From the IMG/VR virus record IMGVR_UViG_3300001765_000054, positions 1 through 64,000 of that record: a stretch of DNA of 64,000 nt. One strand, given 5' to 3'. Positions 48,114-57,277 of the stretch are shown here, piece by piece. Numbering within the stretch: the first letter of the stretch is position 1; each line of letters starts with the position of its first letter. The notes under the pieces were generated by a model. It was given only the letters and a program-made list of their open reading frames with translations. It had not been told where the DNA came from and did no database searches. Made by a program: the position numbers and the translations under genes. The DNA comes from an uncultured virus (IMG/VR IMGVR_UViG_3300001765_000054). Its lineage: Duplodnaviria > Heunggongvirae > Uroviricota > Caudoviricetes.

Positions 48114-48718
48114 TTGTGATAGCATTTTCTTTTCTGCCCTTTGGGGATGAGACAAGCTTCTTCCTCAGTCCAACCGTATTTCAGTCGGTTTAGGATGAGC
48201 GTACTTTCTCCTCCAAGTTCTCTGACCCATGCACTTATGCACATCGTTCTACCTCCTGCAGTTAAAAGCCGTGTTCGAGTTGTGTTTTGAGCCTGCTGGA
48301 GGTCAGTAGCCCAGTAGCAGTTGCTCGGTTCGTAGTTACCATTGTTGTTGCGTCGCTCGATACTGCATCCCTCCGGGCGAGCTCCCATATCTTTTAGGAA
48401 TGATTCGAAGTTGTTCCACCTTTCACATACCCTAATTCCGCGAGCGCCGTAGTGCATGTACGATTTAGCTTTTGGGTTGCTACATCGTTCACGCATCGAG
48501 GTCCACACTTTATGTAGCGGGGTGCCAGACAAACCATGAATGGTTCGAACACACCCGCATGACGATGTGTTTCCTTCTTGCAGTGCTTTGTTGTTGGTGA
48601 TCTTGAAACCACCACAGCTACATGCGCAATACCAAGAAGAGCGACTTTTTTCGTTGGGCAGCCTGGTAAGGACGGTAAGCTGGCCAAATGTTTTACCTGT
48701 AATGTCTGGAGTCTTCAT
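48110..48718 (-). CDS. Free-standing HNH endonuclease, same family as the nested one
   Basis: DITGKTFGQLT, C.CSCG, SCGC, YGARGI.VCERW, SIER.NNNGNYEP.NC.WAT. Confidence 0.9.
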   Translation of the reverse strand: MKTPDITGKTFGQLTVLTRLPNEKSRSSWYCACSCGGFKITNNKALQEGNTSSCGCVRTIHGLSGTPLHKVWTSMRERCSNPKAKSYMHYGARGIRVCERWNNFESFLKDMGARPEGCSIERRNNNGNYEPSNCYWATDLQQAQNTTRTRLLTAGGRTMCISAWVRELGGESTLILNRLKYGWTEEEACLIPKGQKRKCYHK

Positions 48719-48775
48719 AAAATGCCTTTAATCTAAGTTAGATTATAGTAGTTTAGGAAGATCAACAAAAGGACA

Positions 48776-49762
48776 TCACAATAAAATTGACTGGTTCTTC
48801 ACGCACCAATCCCGATACGATTTCGTACCCGTCAGCTTCCCGTCCCGGCGGATCGCGCTGCGCACGAACACGGCCTGGAACTCGACAGGCAGTCGAGCGG
48901 TGTACTTCATGATCCGCTCCAGGTTCCCGGTGGTGGCCTTCGCGTCAAGGGCTGTGACCATGGCGTACATCGAGGCTGGATTGGCCGGCACTTTGACACT
49001 ATCAGGGTCAATCAGCACCTGGTTGATGTCTGGTAAGTCCTTGATAAGGTTCACGAAGCTCGTAAACTCGGCTGTGGTGCCCTCACCGACAGCACCTTTG
49101 ATGAGTTCGAACTCGATGTCTCGGGGCAGGTTCTTTTTGTACTGTTTGTTGACGAAGCTCCAGGAACGTGGGCTGGGGAAGGCACGCGGGTTGTTGGCCA
49201 CGTCGAAGTTAAACAGCAGGTTCGGACGGAACTGGATGAAGGCACGGAGATCATCGTGCATCTCGTTCTCCATCGCCCAGAAGTTCCAGTCGTCGACGCT
49301 GACCTCGAAGTCCAGGTGTACAAACCGGTTGGCCAGTGCTGCGGGCATGGCGTGAACAACTGAGCGGTCAGAGGCACGATTACCAGCGGCGATGACGCTC
49401 CAACCATCAGGCAGGTGGTACTCACCGATACGGCGGTTGAGGATGAGCTGGTACGCAGCGGCCTGCACGGACTGAGGGGCAGCGTTGAGCTCGTCGAGGA
49501 ACAGGATGCCCTTGCCCTTCTTGGGCAGGAAGTCAGCGGGCAGCCATTCCATCTGCTTCTTGACTGTGTTGATCGTAGGAAACCCACGAAGATCGATCGG
49601 GTCCATGAGGGACAGCCGCACGTCGCGCAGCTCGAGCTTCATCGACTCAGCAACTTGTGCGATCACGTCGGATTTACCGACTCCAGGTGCGCCCCAGATA
49701 AAGACCGGAGACTGCTCGTGGATCATATGAGGAAGGGCAACTTTGAGGGCGGAAGGTTTCAT
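48776..49762 (-). CDS. MoxR/dynein-related AAA+ ATPase
   Basis: GAPGVGKS, LFLDELN, AAGNR, LANRF, SPRSW. Confidence 0.9.
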   Translation of the reverse strand: MKPSALKVALPHMIHEQSPVFIWGAPGVGKSDVIAQVAESMKLELRDVRLSLMDPIDLRGFPTINTVKKQMEWLPADFLPKKGKGILFLDELNAAPQSVQAAAYQLILNRRIGEYHLPDGWSVIAAGNRASDRSVVHAMPAALANRFVHLDFEVSVDDWNFWAMENEMHDDLRAFIQFRPNLLFNFDVANNPRAFPSPRSWSFVNKQYKKNLPRDIEFELIKGAVGEGTTAEFTSFVNLIKDLPDINQVLIDPDSVKVPANPASMYAMVTALDAKATTGNLERIMKYTARLPVEFQAVFVRSAIRRDGKLTGTKSYRDWCVKNQSILL

Positions 49763-49810
49763 TTTGGATACTCCTGGTTTGAATGTAGAACTTAGAACTT
49801 AGAAGTTTGG

Positions 49811-50062
49811 TCAGACTGTTTCGGCCTCTCCGGTCAGTCTGTAGGTGATAGCGTTTTGTGGTGTCATCCAGATGATGCTGTGGTTAATGCAGCGGACATC
49901 TCCTGGGAAAGTGCAACGGTGGCGATCTATGCGTTTTTCAGCAAATTCGCATCCTGTGCAAAAGACCCCATCTGTTTTTACTGCGAACAACGTCCTGAAC
50001 TGGTGGACCATCGTTTCACCTGGTCGTGCTTGTTTCATATCGATACGATCGTTAGTAGACAT
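49811..50062 (-). CDS. Hypothetical Cys-containing protein
   Basis: C.GC.F...C...C pattern. Confidence 0.55.
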   Translation of the reverse strand: MSTNDRIDMKQARPGETMVHQFRTLFAVKTDGVFCTGCEFAEKRIDRHRCTFPGDVRCINHSIIWMTPQNAITYRLTGEAETV

Positions 50063-50307
50063 ACAACAACTACAAGGAACACGAACACATCATTCAGGAT
50101 GCAGGATATGAGCAAATCGAAGTGCAAGTCGTCTTCGATTCTGTCCAGGTGGCTGAATGGATTGATCATCATGTCGGGGGTAGGTCGATGGCGGCGGTCT
50201 GCCAGCTTCCACTTATCACCAAGGAACTCGACACTGCGCAGCCAGGCTTGCTGGTTGTGCTCGCTGTTCGGGTAGTGGTGTTGGGCACGCTCTTCGAGGG
50301 TTAACAT
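50035..50307 (-). CDS. Hypothetical membrane protein
   Basis: C-terminal hydrophobic segment. Confidence 0.5.
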   Translation of the reverse strand: MLTLEERAQHHYPNSEHNQQAWLRSVEFLGDKWKLADRRHRPTPDMMINPFSHLDRIEDDLHFDLLISCILNDVFVFLVVVVCLLTIVSI

Positions 50308-50467
50308 GGTCGGCGTCCGTGATGAGGTTCGAGAGCATCCGGGTGGAATGCTTTGGGGTTTTCGTTTTTGAGCCGATCGACCATGTCGTCGATGGCATCA
50401 ATCTTGTCTTTGGCCGTTATGTATTTCATTTTGGCTACAGCACGGAGCCGTTCACGTTGTTGGTCGG

Positions 50468-50776
50468 TCAGCATAGGGTTCCCGCAGATTTAAGGTGCGA
50501 ATGATCAGAGCCTGGGCGGCGGATACTTAAGGTGTCACCGTCGCCCGTAGCGTATGGTCGGAGGTGGTAAGTGACATAGTCGCGAGAGTTGGCCTCATCG
50601 GGTTTAGGGGTACGTGCTTCCCAAGGAGCACCGTTTAGGCCATTCGCGTACTTAGGCTTGCCCGCTTGAGAAGGACGGACTCGTACTTGTTTGCGCGCCT
50701 CGATATGTCTGGGTGGGACGACTGTTGACTGATAGTCGTTGGACTTTTGACTGAGGTTGAAGAGTTGGTTTGCCAT
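50468..50776 (-). CDS. Hypothetical protein
   Basis: 102-aa ORF after the primase. Confidence 0.55.
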   Translation of the reverse strand: MANQLFNLSQKSNDYQSTVVPPRHIEARKQVRVRPSQAGKPKYANGLNGAPWEARTPKPDEANSRDYVTYHLRPYATGDGDTLSIRRPGSDHSHLKSAGTLC

Positions 50777-50831
50777 GATCTGTGTTCGATCTTAGATGGT
50801 TAGATGAGGCGTTTCATTTGATTTCTCCTAT

Positions 50832-53270
50832 TTAGACTGATGTACTGATAGTCGTTTTGATGTCTGTGAAGTATGTCTTCAGCAGGTCGGGGAATGTTTC
50901 TGGGCGCTGCCAGGTCACTGTCAGCCCCTTCTGGGTCTTGCCGTCGATGAACACCGGCTTTATGGCGAGCTGGCGGTGGCCAAGGAAACGCGTGAAGCTG
51001 GCAGGGCTTGGGTTCATCTTGCCGACGGTGTAGTCGAACAGCACAAACAGCTCATCACGATGCACGTGGCACCACCCTGCAGCACGAGTGCGTGCAATGA
51101 TATCTGCGAGCGTCCTGCGGTAGTTGCTGACTGAGGTGAGCTTTTCGAGATCGAGCTTGTAGCGGTCATCTGTCGGGAGCTGGTCGATGAAGAAGTCGAT
51201 GTTGCCTTCAGTAATGGCTGAAGCGGTTGATTCAGCAGTGGTTTGGGACAACTCAATCAGATGATCACGTGCTTTGGACTTCAGTGGTGTGCTTGCGATC
51301 TGAGTGTCCACAGCGTAGCTCAACAGGTAATGGTAGAACGCTTGAAGGTCGCCTTCGATGGCATCGACTTCGGCATCGGTTGGGCGGGGATATTCAGCAC
51401 CTTGGTAAAAGCCAATGTTGAACCGTCGATCATTTTTGTCAACGGTGACAGGGTCAGGTTTGTTGCTTGCAAAAATCCAGTTGGTGAAATTGGCTACAGC
51501 GTAGCTGTTCTTGTTCATGATTCGAATCATCGCAGTTGGTTCTGTGATCAGGTTTTTCATGTTGGCAATAACCCCTGCTTCATCTTTGAGAGCAGAAGTT
51601 TGGATTTCGTCGATAAACACAATGAGTTTGCCTTCCACGAAGTCCGTCCACTTTTCAGTCAGCTCCCCAGCGCGTTTGATAACGGCTTGGTTCACACCGA
51701 ATAGGGGCTGCAGAATCTTGTTGAACAGCAGGCCCTTCCCTGTACCAGGTACGCCTTGAAATACCCAGGCTGTACGGGTACGGTCAAGGTTCTGGGCGAT
51801 ACATGCGAGCCAGTTCATGAAATGCTCGATGCTGTCGAAGTCATCGGCTAAGATATGGCTGATGATGCGTAGTATCCGAGGAGGAATCTTTGTAACTCGT
51901 TTGGCTTCCGCCTTCATGTACTTGGTACGCTCGAATGTGTTGATGCTTCGATTGTCAAAGTCCACACGAACGCCATCCATTGGGTTGAAGGTCATATCCC
52001 ATTCAGGAATGTTTTCACCAAGACGTAATCCATTAGCTGATGCAAATTGACGCACCATCGATTCGTTCTTGGCTTGGAACAATTCAAGTTTGTCTTCTGA
52101 CTGGTTATACGTGCCACGGTAATAGGTGGACGTGCTTCGCTCTAAAAAGGCTAGGTAGGTCAAGCCTGTTGAGCTAACACGATAGGCTTGGTGGGAGAGG
52201 GTCTCCCAATACGCTGGTAAGAGTTCTTTGGTGAGGTAGACAGGTTCACCCTTAAAGTTGAAGATGTAATCGGGGTTGTTTTCAGGATGAAAGTAGGCCC
52301 AGGAATCTCCACCATTAAGGTTGAAGTAGACAAACCCCCGATCAGTCTTAATTTCTGTGGCGATGCACTCGCCTGGTTTCACGAGAATCTCGTGACCACC
52401 CACAAACTTGTAGGCAAGCTTGCGCTTGGGCAGTCCAGCGACATCACGTAATTCGAGAACACGTGTATCGGTAAGAGCACGGTTTTGGTCGGTTGAATTG
52501 ATGCGTTCATTGAGATCGAAGGTTGCTTCTGACTTAGATATTATAGATATTCGCGGGGTTCTCCCGAGCGGATTCTTGATCCCTTTTAGGGTAGGAGGCG
52601 CGATGTAGATGAGCTTGTCTGATTGGCATGCTGTGATGTCCAAGCCCCATAATAATGAGTTGCCTGTTTTCGTCAGTTGCTGATGAGCTCTGAGCACAGA
52701 TACTTCATGGTTCTTTTGGATTAACCACTGTTTGATGAGCGGGGCAGACACAGGTTTGGTGAGCATCACGAAGATGTGGCAGCGCAACGAATTGTTGCTG
52801 ATCCCCATAGAGCCTGACCATTGCACTATATAAGATGTGTTCTTAATACCGAGAGCGTCGAGTACAGCATTTGGGGTGATAGCGAGAGTCGTTTTCACTT
52901 GAGTAATTACTTCTTCCAATAGCCCCGTGCTCAAGTTAGTTTGTTTAGTTGTGACTGATGAAGTTGTATCGAATGTTGGGGGGATACCGTCGATGTCGAG
53001 GCACAACCAGTCGGTGGGCGCGTTGCGGTCAGTCGAATCTTTTCGTGACTCCTTTGTTAACGGCTTTAACACATTGCCTTTCAGCAGACAATTTCCAAGG
53101 GCTGCATGTTTAACGATTGCGGATTCAAACGATTTCAAATCGTTCACATCCTCAGTTATCGAGCTGACTTTCCACACGTTGGGGTAGCTGGACTTCTCAA
53201 TTGATCCGTCTGGGAGTTTGGTGTACGACTTGGTCAGGGGCACTGACGAATTCAAAAAGGTTAGTTTCAT
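50832..53270 (-). CDS. Primase-helicase (PrimPol-like N-terminus plus SF3/DUF5906 helicase)
   Basis: LCLDID, S.S...RCHIF; GVPGTGKG, VFIDE, FASN, DRRF. Confidence 0.85.
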   Translation of the reverse strand: MKLTFLNSSVPLTKSYTKLPDGSIEKSSYPNVWKVSSITEDVNDLKSFESAIVKHAALGNCLLKGNVLKPLTKESRKDSTDRNAPTDWLCLDIDGIPPTFDTTSSVTTKQTNLSTGLLEEVITQVKTTLAITPNAVLDALGIKNTSYIVQWSGSMGISNNSLRCHIFVMLTKPVSAPLIKQWLIQKNHEVSVLRAHQQLTKTGNSLLWGLDITACQSDKLIYIAPPTLKGIKNPLGRTPRISIISKSEATFDLNERINSTDQNRALTDTRVLELRDVAGLPKRKLAYKFVGGHEILVKPGECIATEIKTDRGFVYFNLNGGDSWAYFHPENNPDYIFNFKGEPVYLTKELLPAYWETLSHQAYRVSSTGLTYLAFLERSTSTYYRGTYNQSEDKLELFQAKNESMVRQFASANGLRLGENIPEWDMTFNPMDGVRVDFDNRSINTFERTKYMKAEAKRVTKIPPRILRIISHILADDFDSIEHFMNWLACIAQNLDRTRTAWVFQGVPGTGKGLLFNKILQPLFGVNQAVIKRAGELTEKWTDFVEGKLIVFIDEIQTSALKDEAGVIANMKNLITEPTAMIRIMNKNSYAVANFTNWIFASNKPDPVTVDKNDRRFNIGFYQGAEYPRPTDAEVDAIEGDLQAFYHYLLSYAVDTQIASTPLKSKARDHLIELSQTTAESTASAITEGNIDFFIDQLPTDDRYKLDLEKLTSVSNYRRTLADIIARTRAAGWCHVHRDELFVLFDYTVGKMNPSPASFTRFLGHRQLAIKPVFIDGKTQKGLTVTWQRPETFPDLLKTYFTDIKTTISTSV

Positions 53271-53325
53271 GGCGGTTTTAGAGGTTGATGGGAGGGTGAT
53301 TCTAAGCACGAATTTAGATCAAAAC

Positions 53326-53345
53326 CACTGTTCATTTGTACAGTT
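53326..53345. promoter_or_regulatory. LexA (SOS) box upstream of primase-helicase
   Basis: CACTGTTCATTTGTACAGTT = CTGT-N8-ACAG; TAGAAT -10-like hexamer at 53304-53299 on minus strand. Confidence 0.65.
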
Positions 53346-53434
53346 GTTTCGTGTTTTCGCGTCTTCTTAGTGATTTTTCCAACTTTTCGACAAAGCACCA
53401 TTTTGGTGCATTTTTCAGTGTAATAGCGTAATGA

Positions 53435-53564
53435 AAAAGTCCCTCTATAACCCCTCTATCCCTCTTTCTTACTCTTCTTCTATATTACTCTACTCTAAAT
53501 TAAAGTTAGAAAAGAGAAGTAGTAGTATAGGTAGGGTATATATGATTCCTATATAGGGTTTCAG
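53435..53564 (-). repeat. Long inverted repeat, right copy
   Basis: Reverse complement of the blocks in 23845-23974 (75/78 and 19/19). Confidence 0.95.
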
Positions 53565-53645
53565 GCTCTGGTGTAACGGCATTTGCTAGTCCGTCTCACT
53601 TGGGGCAGGAGAAAACAGTGGTGCTCACACTTGAGTGCAGACGCA

Positions 53646-53678
53646 TAAAAATAAAACGAAACCCTTGCGGGTCTCGTT
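53646..53678 (-). terminator. Rho-independent terminator ending the early block
   Basis: AACGAAACCC-ttgc-GGGTCTCGTT hairpin, then TTTTATTTTT on minus strand. Confidence 0.7.
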
Positions 53679-53690
53679 GAGCTCTAATCT

Positions 53691-54842
53691 TTAGTCGATG
53701 GAGCAAGCTTTACGTTTTTGGCCACGCTCATGCTCGATGGAACCTTGGGTCCGAACCAGCTCAAGTTCGCAACTGGAGTTGTACTTAACTCGGATGACGT
53801 CGTTGAGTTTCTGGGTGCAGAGGTATGCAGCTTCAGCGATGTGTGCGAAGGCGATTGGTTGACGGGCATACTTTTTTGCCACGTCTACTTTGCATCGTTC
53901 AATTACTCCAACCGCGAAGGTTGTAAGTTGTTTCTGTTTGACCTCGGGGAGGTCGTTGAATTTGGCTGAAGCAGGTGCGTGCTTTGAGGCAGCGCGAAGG
54001 ATTTCGAGGATGGTGGGCATGAGTCTCTTATTAGACTCTATACGCTGTGTGGATGCAGCAGTGTCTGCTTCCATATACGCATCGTAAAAACGTTGCTCCT
54101 TGTTTTCGATGGTGGTGTTGTACTCGAGTTCGGCCTGCTCGACTTTAGCTTTCGCTGATACCCATGCGGCGTTGAGATTAGAGAATTCATCTGCGTAAAT
54201 AAGAGCTGCGTTATCTCCTGTGTAAATAGGGTCGTGCTCGTCTGGCAGATTATCAAGTGCCTTTGCTGCTTTGTCCAACGCGCCGCGTGCCTTGACCAAC
54301 GTGTTCATGAGTCCATCGGTTAACGTGCTACGCCCCGCAGCTTCGAGCTGAGCCATCTTGCGATAATTGGCACGTGTGCCTACGTTGGGCTTTTGCGCCT
54401 TTTCTTGCTCCATTTGCTCGCGTAGTGATTTTGACTTGTAGTCGCGATCGTCTGCGCCTGCTGCTGCATACGCATCGTCGTGCCATTGTGTGCGCAGGGC
54501 TAACAACGTAGCTAATGTTTTTTCATCGCCATCGAAATCGAAATGGCTTGAGCGTGAGAGTTCCTCGCCAATGTCCTGACAGAAGCCATCGAAGTCGGTG
54601 ACTTCTTCGGGATCGATATCCTTCCAGCGTTCGAACAAGACTGTTCGAGCTTGGCTAATGCACGAGCTGTCGATCATCCAGCACATGCTTTCGAGAACTC
54701 TCGAATGCAGCGCAGGCTGTTCGGCCATGGTCTCGTCAAGGAGGTCAATGATGTCGAACATTGTGTAGCTGGTCGCGACTTGTTTGACTGCAGCCTCGAT
54801 GGTGCCAGTTGCAAGTTTGTGGGTTTTGGTTTTGGTAGCCAT
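53691..54842 (-). CDS. Hypothetical helical early protein
   Basis: 383 aa, AGGAAA SD. Confidence 0.75.
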   Translation of the reverse strand: MATKTKTHKLATGTIEAAVKQVATSYTMFDIIDLLDETMAEQPALHSRVLESMCWMIDSSCISQARTVLFERWKDIDPEEVTDFDGFCQDIGEELSRSSHFDFDGDEKTLATLLALRTQWHDDAYAAAGADDRDYKSKSLREQMEQEKAQKPNVGTRANYRKMAQLEAAGRSTLTDGLMNTLVKARGALDKAAKALDNLPDEHDPIYTGDNAALIYADEFSNLNAAWVSAKAKVEQAELEYNTTIENKEQRFYDAYMEADTAASTQRIESNKRLMPTILEILRAASKHAPASAKFNDLPEVKQKQLTTFAVGVIERCKVDVAKKYARQPIAFAHIAEAAYLCTQKLNDVIRVKYNSSCELELVRTQGSIEHERGQKRKACSID

Positions 54843-54922
54843 GGTAGTTTCCTAGGTTAGGGTTATGAAGCGCGAGACGCTTCCCGATGAGCACTGAGAT
54901 CAATGCCCATCAGGAATCGAAC

Positions 54923-55171
54923 TTAGACGTTAGATTCATCCGTTGAGAAAAAGCTGTACTCTTCAGCGAGGTAACGTTGCCGAGATTGAGGTTTAGGGAT
55001 TTTGTGCTGAGGCACGTCTTGTTCAGGAAGAGCTTTAAACAGATCGCGATGCTTTTGCATAAAGCTGTAAGCCTCTGCTGCTTTGGCTGCATCGGTGACG
55101 TTGGGGAAGCAGGGGAATTCGTAGTATTTGGACATGGTGGTGTTTAAGGTTGTAGAAGCAAAGCGCTTCAT
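54923..55171 (-). CDS. Hypothetical protein
   Basis: Short ORF in the early block; start uncertain. Confidence 0.4.
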   Translation of the reverse strand: MKRFASTTLNTTMSKYYEFPCFPNVTDAAKAAEAYSFMQKHRDLFKALPEQDVPQHKIPKPQSRQRYLAEEYSFFSTDESNV

Positions 55172-55269
55172 ACTGCTGTCTCATAACCAACAGTGTTGAA
55201 GAGTTTTGGCACAGATAGTGCTTGTATGCACCATAACAGTGCATACTACAGTTTCGATAGCAAATCGAT

Positions 55270-55554
55270 TTAAACGAGCTTAGAGCTCATATCGTAGTAT
55301 CCGGCTACATAGGTGCCATCCTCGACGTGGCCGACCAGCCAGCGGGCCGCTGATAGCGTCAGTGAGCACGTTAAAGCGCTGATGCTCGCGATCATCAAAC
55401 CAGAAAAGGAACCCCAGTGAATGAGAATCATTCCTATTAAGATAATCGTGTCGATGAGCACCGGATTTGACAGGATGTGCATACGCCAAGACCAAGGCAA
55501 TTTGGTCAATGTCCATAGCAGGCCAGCGCCTACTATGATGCCCATCTCAATCAC
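55270..55554 (-). CDS. Hypothetical membrane protein
   Basis: GTGA-coupled; several hydrophobic segments. Confidence 0.6.
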   Translation of the reverse strand: MIEMGIIVGAGLLWTLTKLPWSWRMHILSNPVLIDTIILIGMILIHWGSFSGLMIASISALTCSLTLSAARWLVGHVEDGTYVAGYYDMSSKLV

Positions 55555-55991
55555 GCTACGCTCAAAGTTGGAGTTACGAAGCGCGAAGCTACCCAGCCGT
55601 AGCCCATGATCGACAGCGTAGTTGCGAAGTGCGCAGCGATAAGCGAGATGAGCCAACCAACGATGGTTATGACCCAGTGCATAAACGCCCAGCCGGTAAA
55701 CGTAACCGCAGCGGCAGAAGCCGAAGCGATAAGCGGTGCAGCAAGAACGCCAGCACCGACAGCGATGGCGATAGTTGCAAGACCTTTGATCACAGGTTTG
55801 ACCCAAGCGTGCTCAGGCGTAGGTGTAGCTGCAACAGGTGCAGCTTTTTTCTCGGCTTTCTTTTCAGCCTTGCGAGCTTTGTGCTCAGCACGAGCTTGCT
55901 CGAGTTTTTGCTCAGTAGTGAGTTCAGCCTCGACAGCCTCAACGTCGATAACGGTTTCGGCTGCGGTGGATTTGTTGGTACGAGTTGCCAT
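55551..55991 (-). CDS. Hypothetical membrane protein
   Basis: AAGGA SD; charged N-terminus, hydrophobic C-terminus. Confidence 0.7.
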   Translation of the reverse strand: MATRTNKSTAAETVIDVEAVEAELTTEQKLEQARAEHKARKAEKKAEKKAAPVAATPTPEHAWVKPVIKGLATIAIAVGAGVLAAPLIASASAAAVTFTGWAFMHWVITIVGWLISLIAAHFATTLSIMGYGWVASRFVTPTLSVA

Positions 55992-56186
55992 GATGTTTCC
56001 TTAGAAAGGTTAAGTTGTTTGAAGCGGACGCTTCGCTCTGAACACGGAGAACCATGCTCAGAGCGAAACTCGCAAAGGGGGACTGACTTAGGGCCGGTAC
56101 TCCGGCCCTAATGTTCCTAACCCCGATACGCGAGGAGGGCACCGATAAATGCATAGACGACGAGCGTTGCTATGACTTCGATAGCG

Positions 56187-56585
56187 TTACGCATGTGCCA
56201 CCTCGGCAGCAGGTGTTACGCAGACTGACGTGAACTGGTTGAAGCCAGTACAACGCTTCTCCCAGACGCTGCCGTCGCGCTTTGTGAATTGCGTGACGCG
56301 CGATGCGCTTGCAGATTTGCGGATGGTTTTAACCGGTACGCGGACATCGGCGCCGCACATGAACGCGTACTCGTCGATCGCGGCGTTGCGCGCTTCACCG
56401 ACTACACGTGCGTGGTCGTTAGCCTCGACCACGGAGTCTTCAAGTGTTGGCGCAGGTGCTGCCGCTGTCGCTGCTACTGTTGCTTCAGCGAGCTGACGCT
56501 TAAGCTCGACAATGTGTGCATTCAGCACGTCGATGGTGGTGTTGGCTGCAGCGAGCTGAGCGGTGAGGGTGAGAGGCTTGGCCAT
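56187..56585 (-). CDS. Hypothetical early protein
   Basis: AGGAG SD. Confidence 0.7.
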   Translation of the reverse strand: MAKPLTLTAQLAAANTTIDVLNAHIVELKRQLAEATVAATAAAPAPTLEDSVVEANDHARVVGEARNAAIDEYAFMCGADVRVPVKTIRKSASASRVTQFTKRDGSVWEKRCTGFNQFTSVCVTPAAEVAHA

Positions 56586-56663
56586 GATAGGCTCCTAAGT
56601 TAGATGAACGAACCACAAGGGGTGACTGACCTAGCCCCGGTACTCCGGGGCTGGTGTGCGTGC

Positions 56664-56978
56664 TTATGCAGCTTTGGCTTTGGGGATGAAGGACGATGCC
56701 CAGCCGGTGAAGGCGCCGACCTTGGCGCCGAGCGCTGCGAACGTAGACTCGTCAAGCTTGAAGCTGAGGAAGATGTGGATGCACAGCATGAGGATGGCGA
56801 CAGCAAGGGCTACAGCGATGAACATGCAGATACCGCCGAACACAGAGGCACAGCCCCAGGCAGCGGCGATGCCGCAGCCCCACGAGATGAGCCGACCGCA
56901 CCAGGCGATGACCTTGTGACCACGCTCGACGTCAGCGTCGTGGGTTGTGGATGCGTCGATAGTTGAAGAGAAAGACAT
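56664..56978 (-). CDS. Hypothetical membrane protein, first gene of the minus block
   Basis: Start moved to MSFSST after AGGAG; hydrophobic segments. Confidence 0.7.
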   Translation of the reverse strand: MSFSSTIDASTTHDADVERGHKVIAWCGRLISWGCGIAAAWGCASVFGGICMFIAVALAVAILMLCIHIFLSFKLDESTFAALGAKVGAFTGWASSFIPKAKAA

Positions 56979-57116
56979 GAGATAACTCCTGAGTTGATTG
57001 AACGAACCACAGAAGATGACTGATGCAGGCGCGGTACTCCGCGCCTGCCCTGCACGGGTGGGACCCCTACTACGGGTTGAATGCCGAATCCGAAGTGGGT
57101 GGCTCTTACCGAGGAG

Positions 57117-57240
57117 CCCGGGGGAGGGACCCACGCCCCCGATTCTCAGAAAAAATTCTAAATTTTTAGCCCTCAGCTCTTAACCCCAGCCCTACGTGAT
57201 TAACCCAACGCCCTTAGAAAATTTTCTAAATTTTTACCCC
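57117..57240. other. Probable packaging-initiation/genome-end region
   Basis: G/C runs, then two copies of AGAAAA(AA/TT)TTCTAAATTTTTA at the divergence point upstream of terS. Confidence 0.45.
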
Positions 57241-57277
57241 AAAACTATCGTCTAACCTCTAAGTTAGAATCACGACC

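Larger units (their letters stand above)
56081..57048. repeat. Three copies of GACTGA-N-[10-bp stem]-TACT hairpin (56081-56111, 56624-56654, 57018-57048)
   Basis: Invariant CGGTACTCCG apex and GACTGA flank; outer stems differ but remain complementary. Confidence 0.9.
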
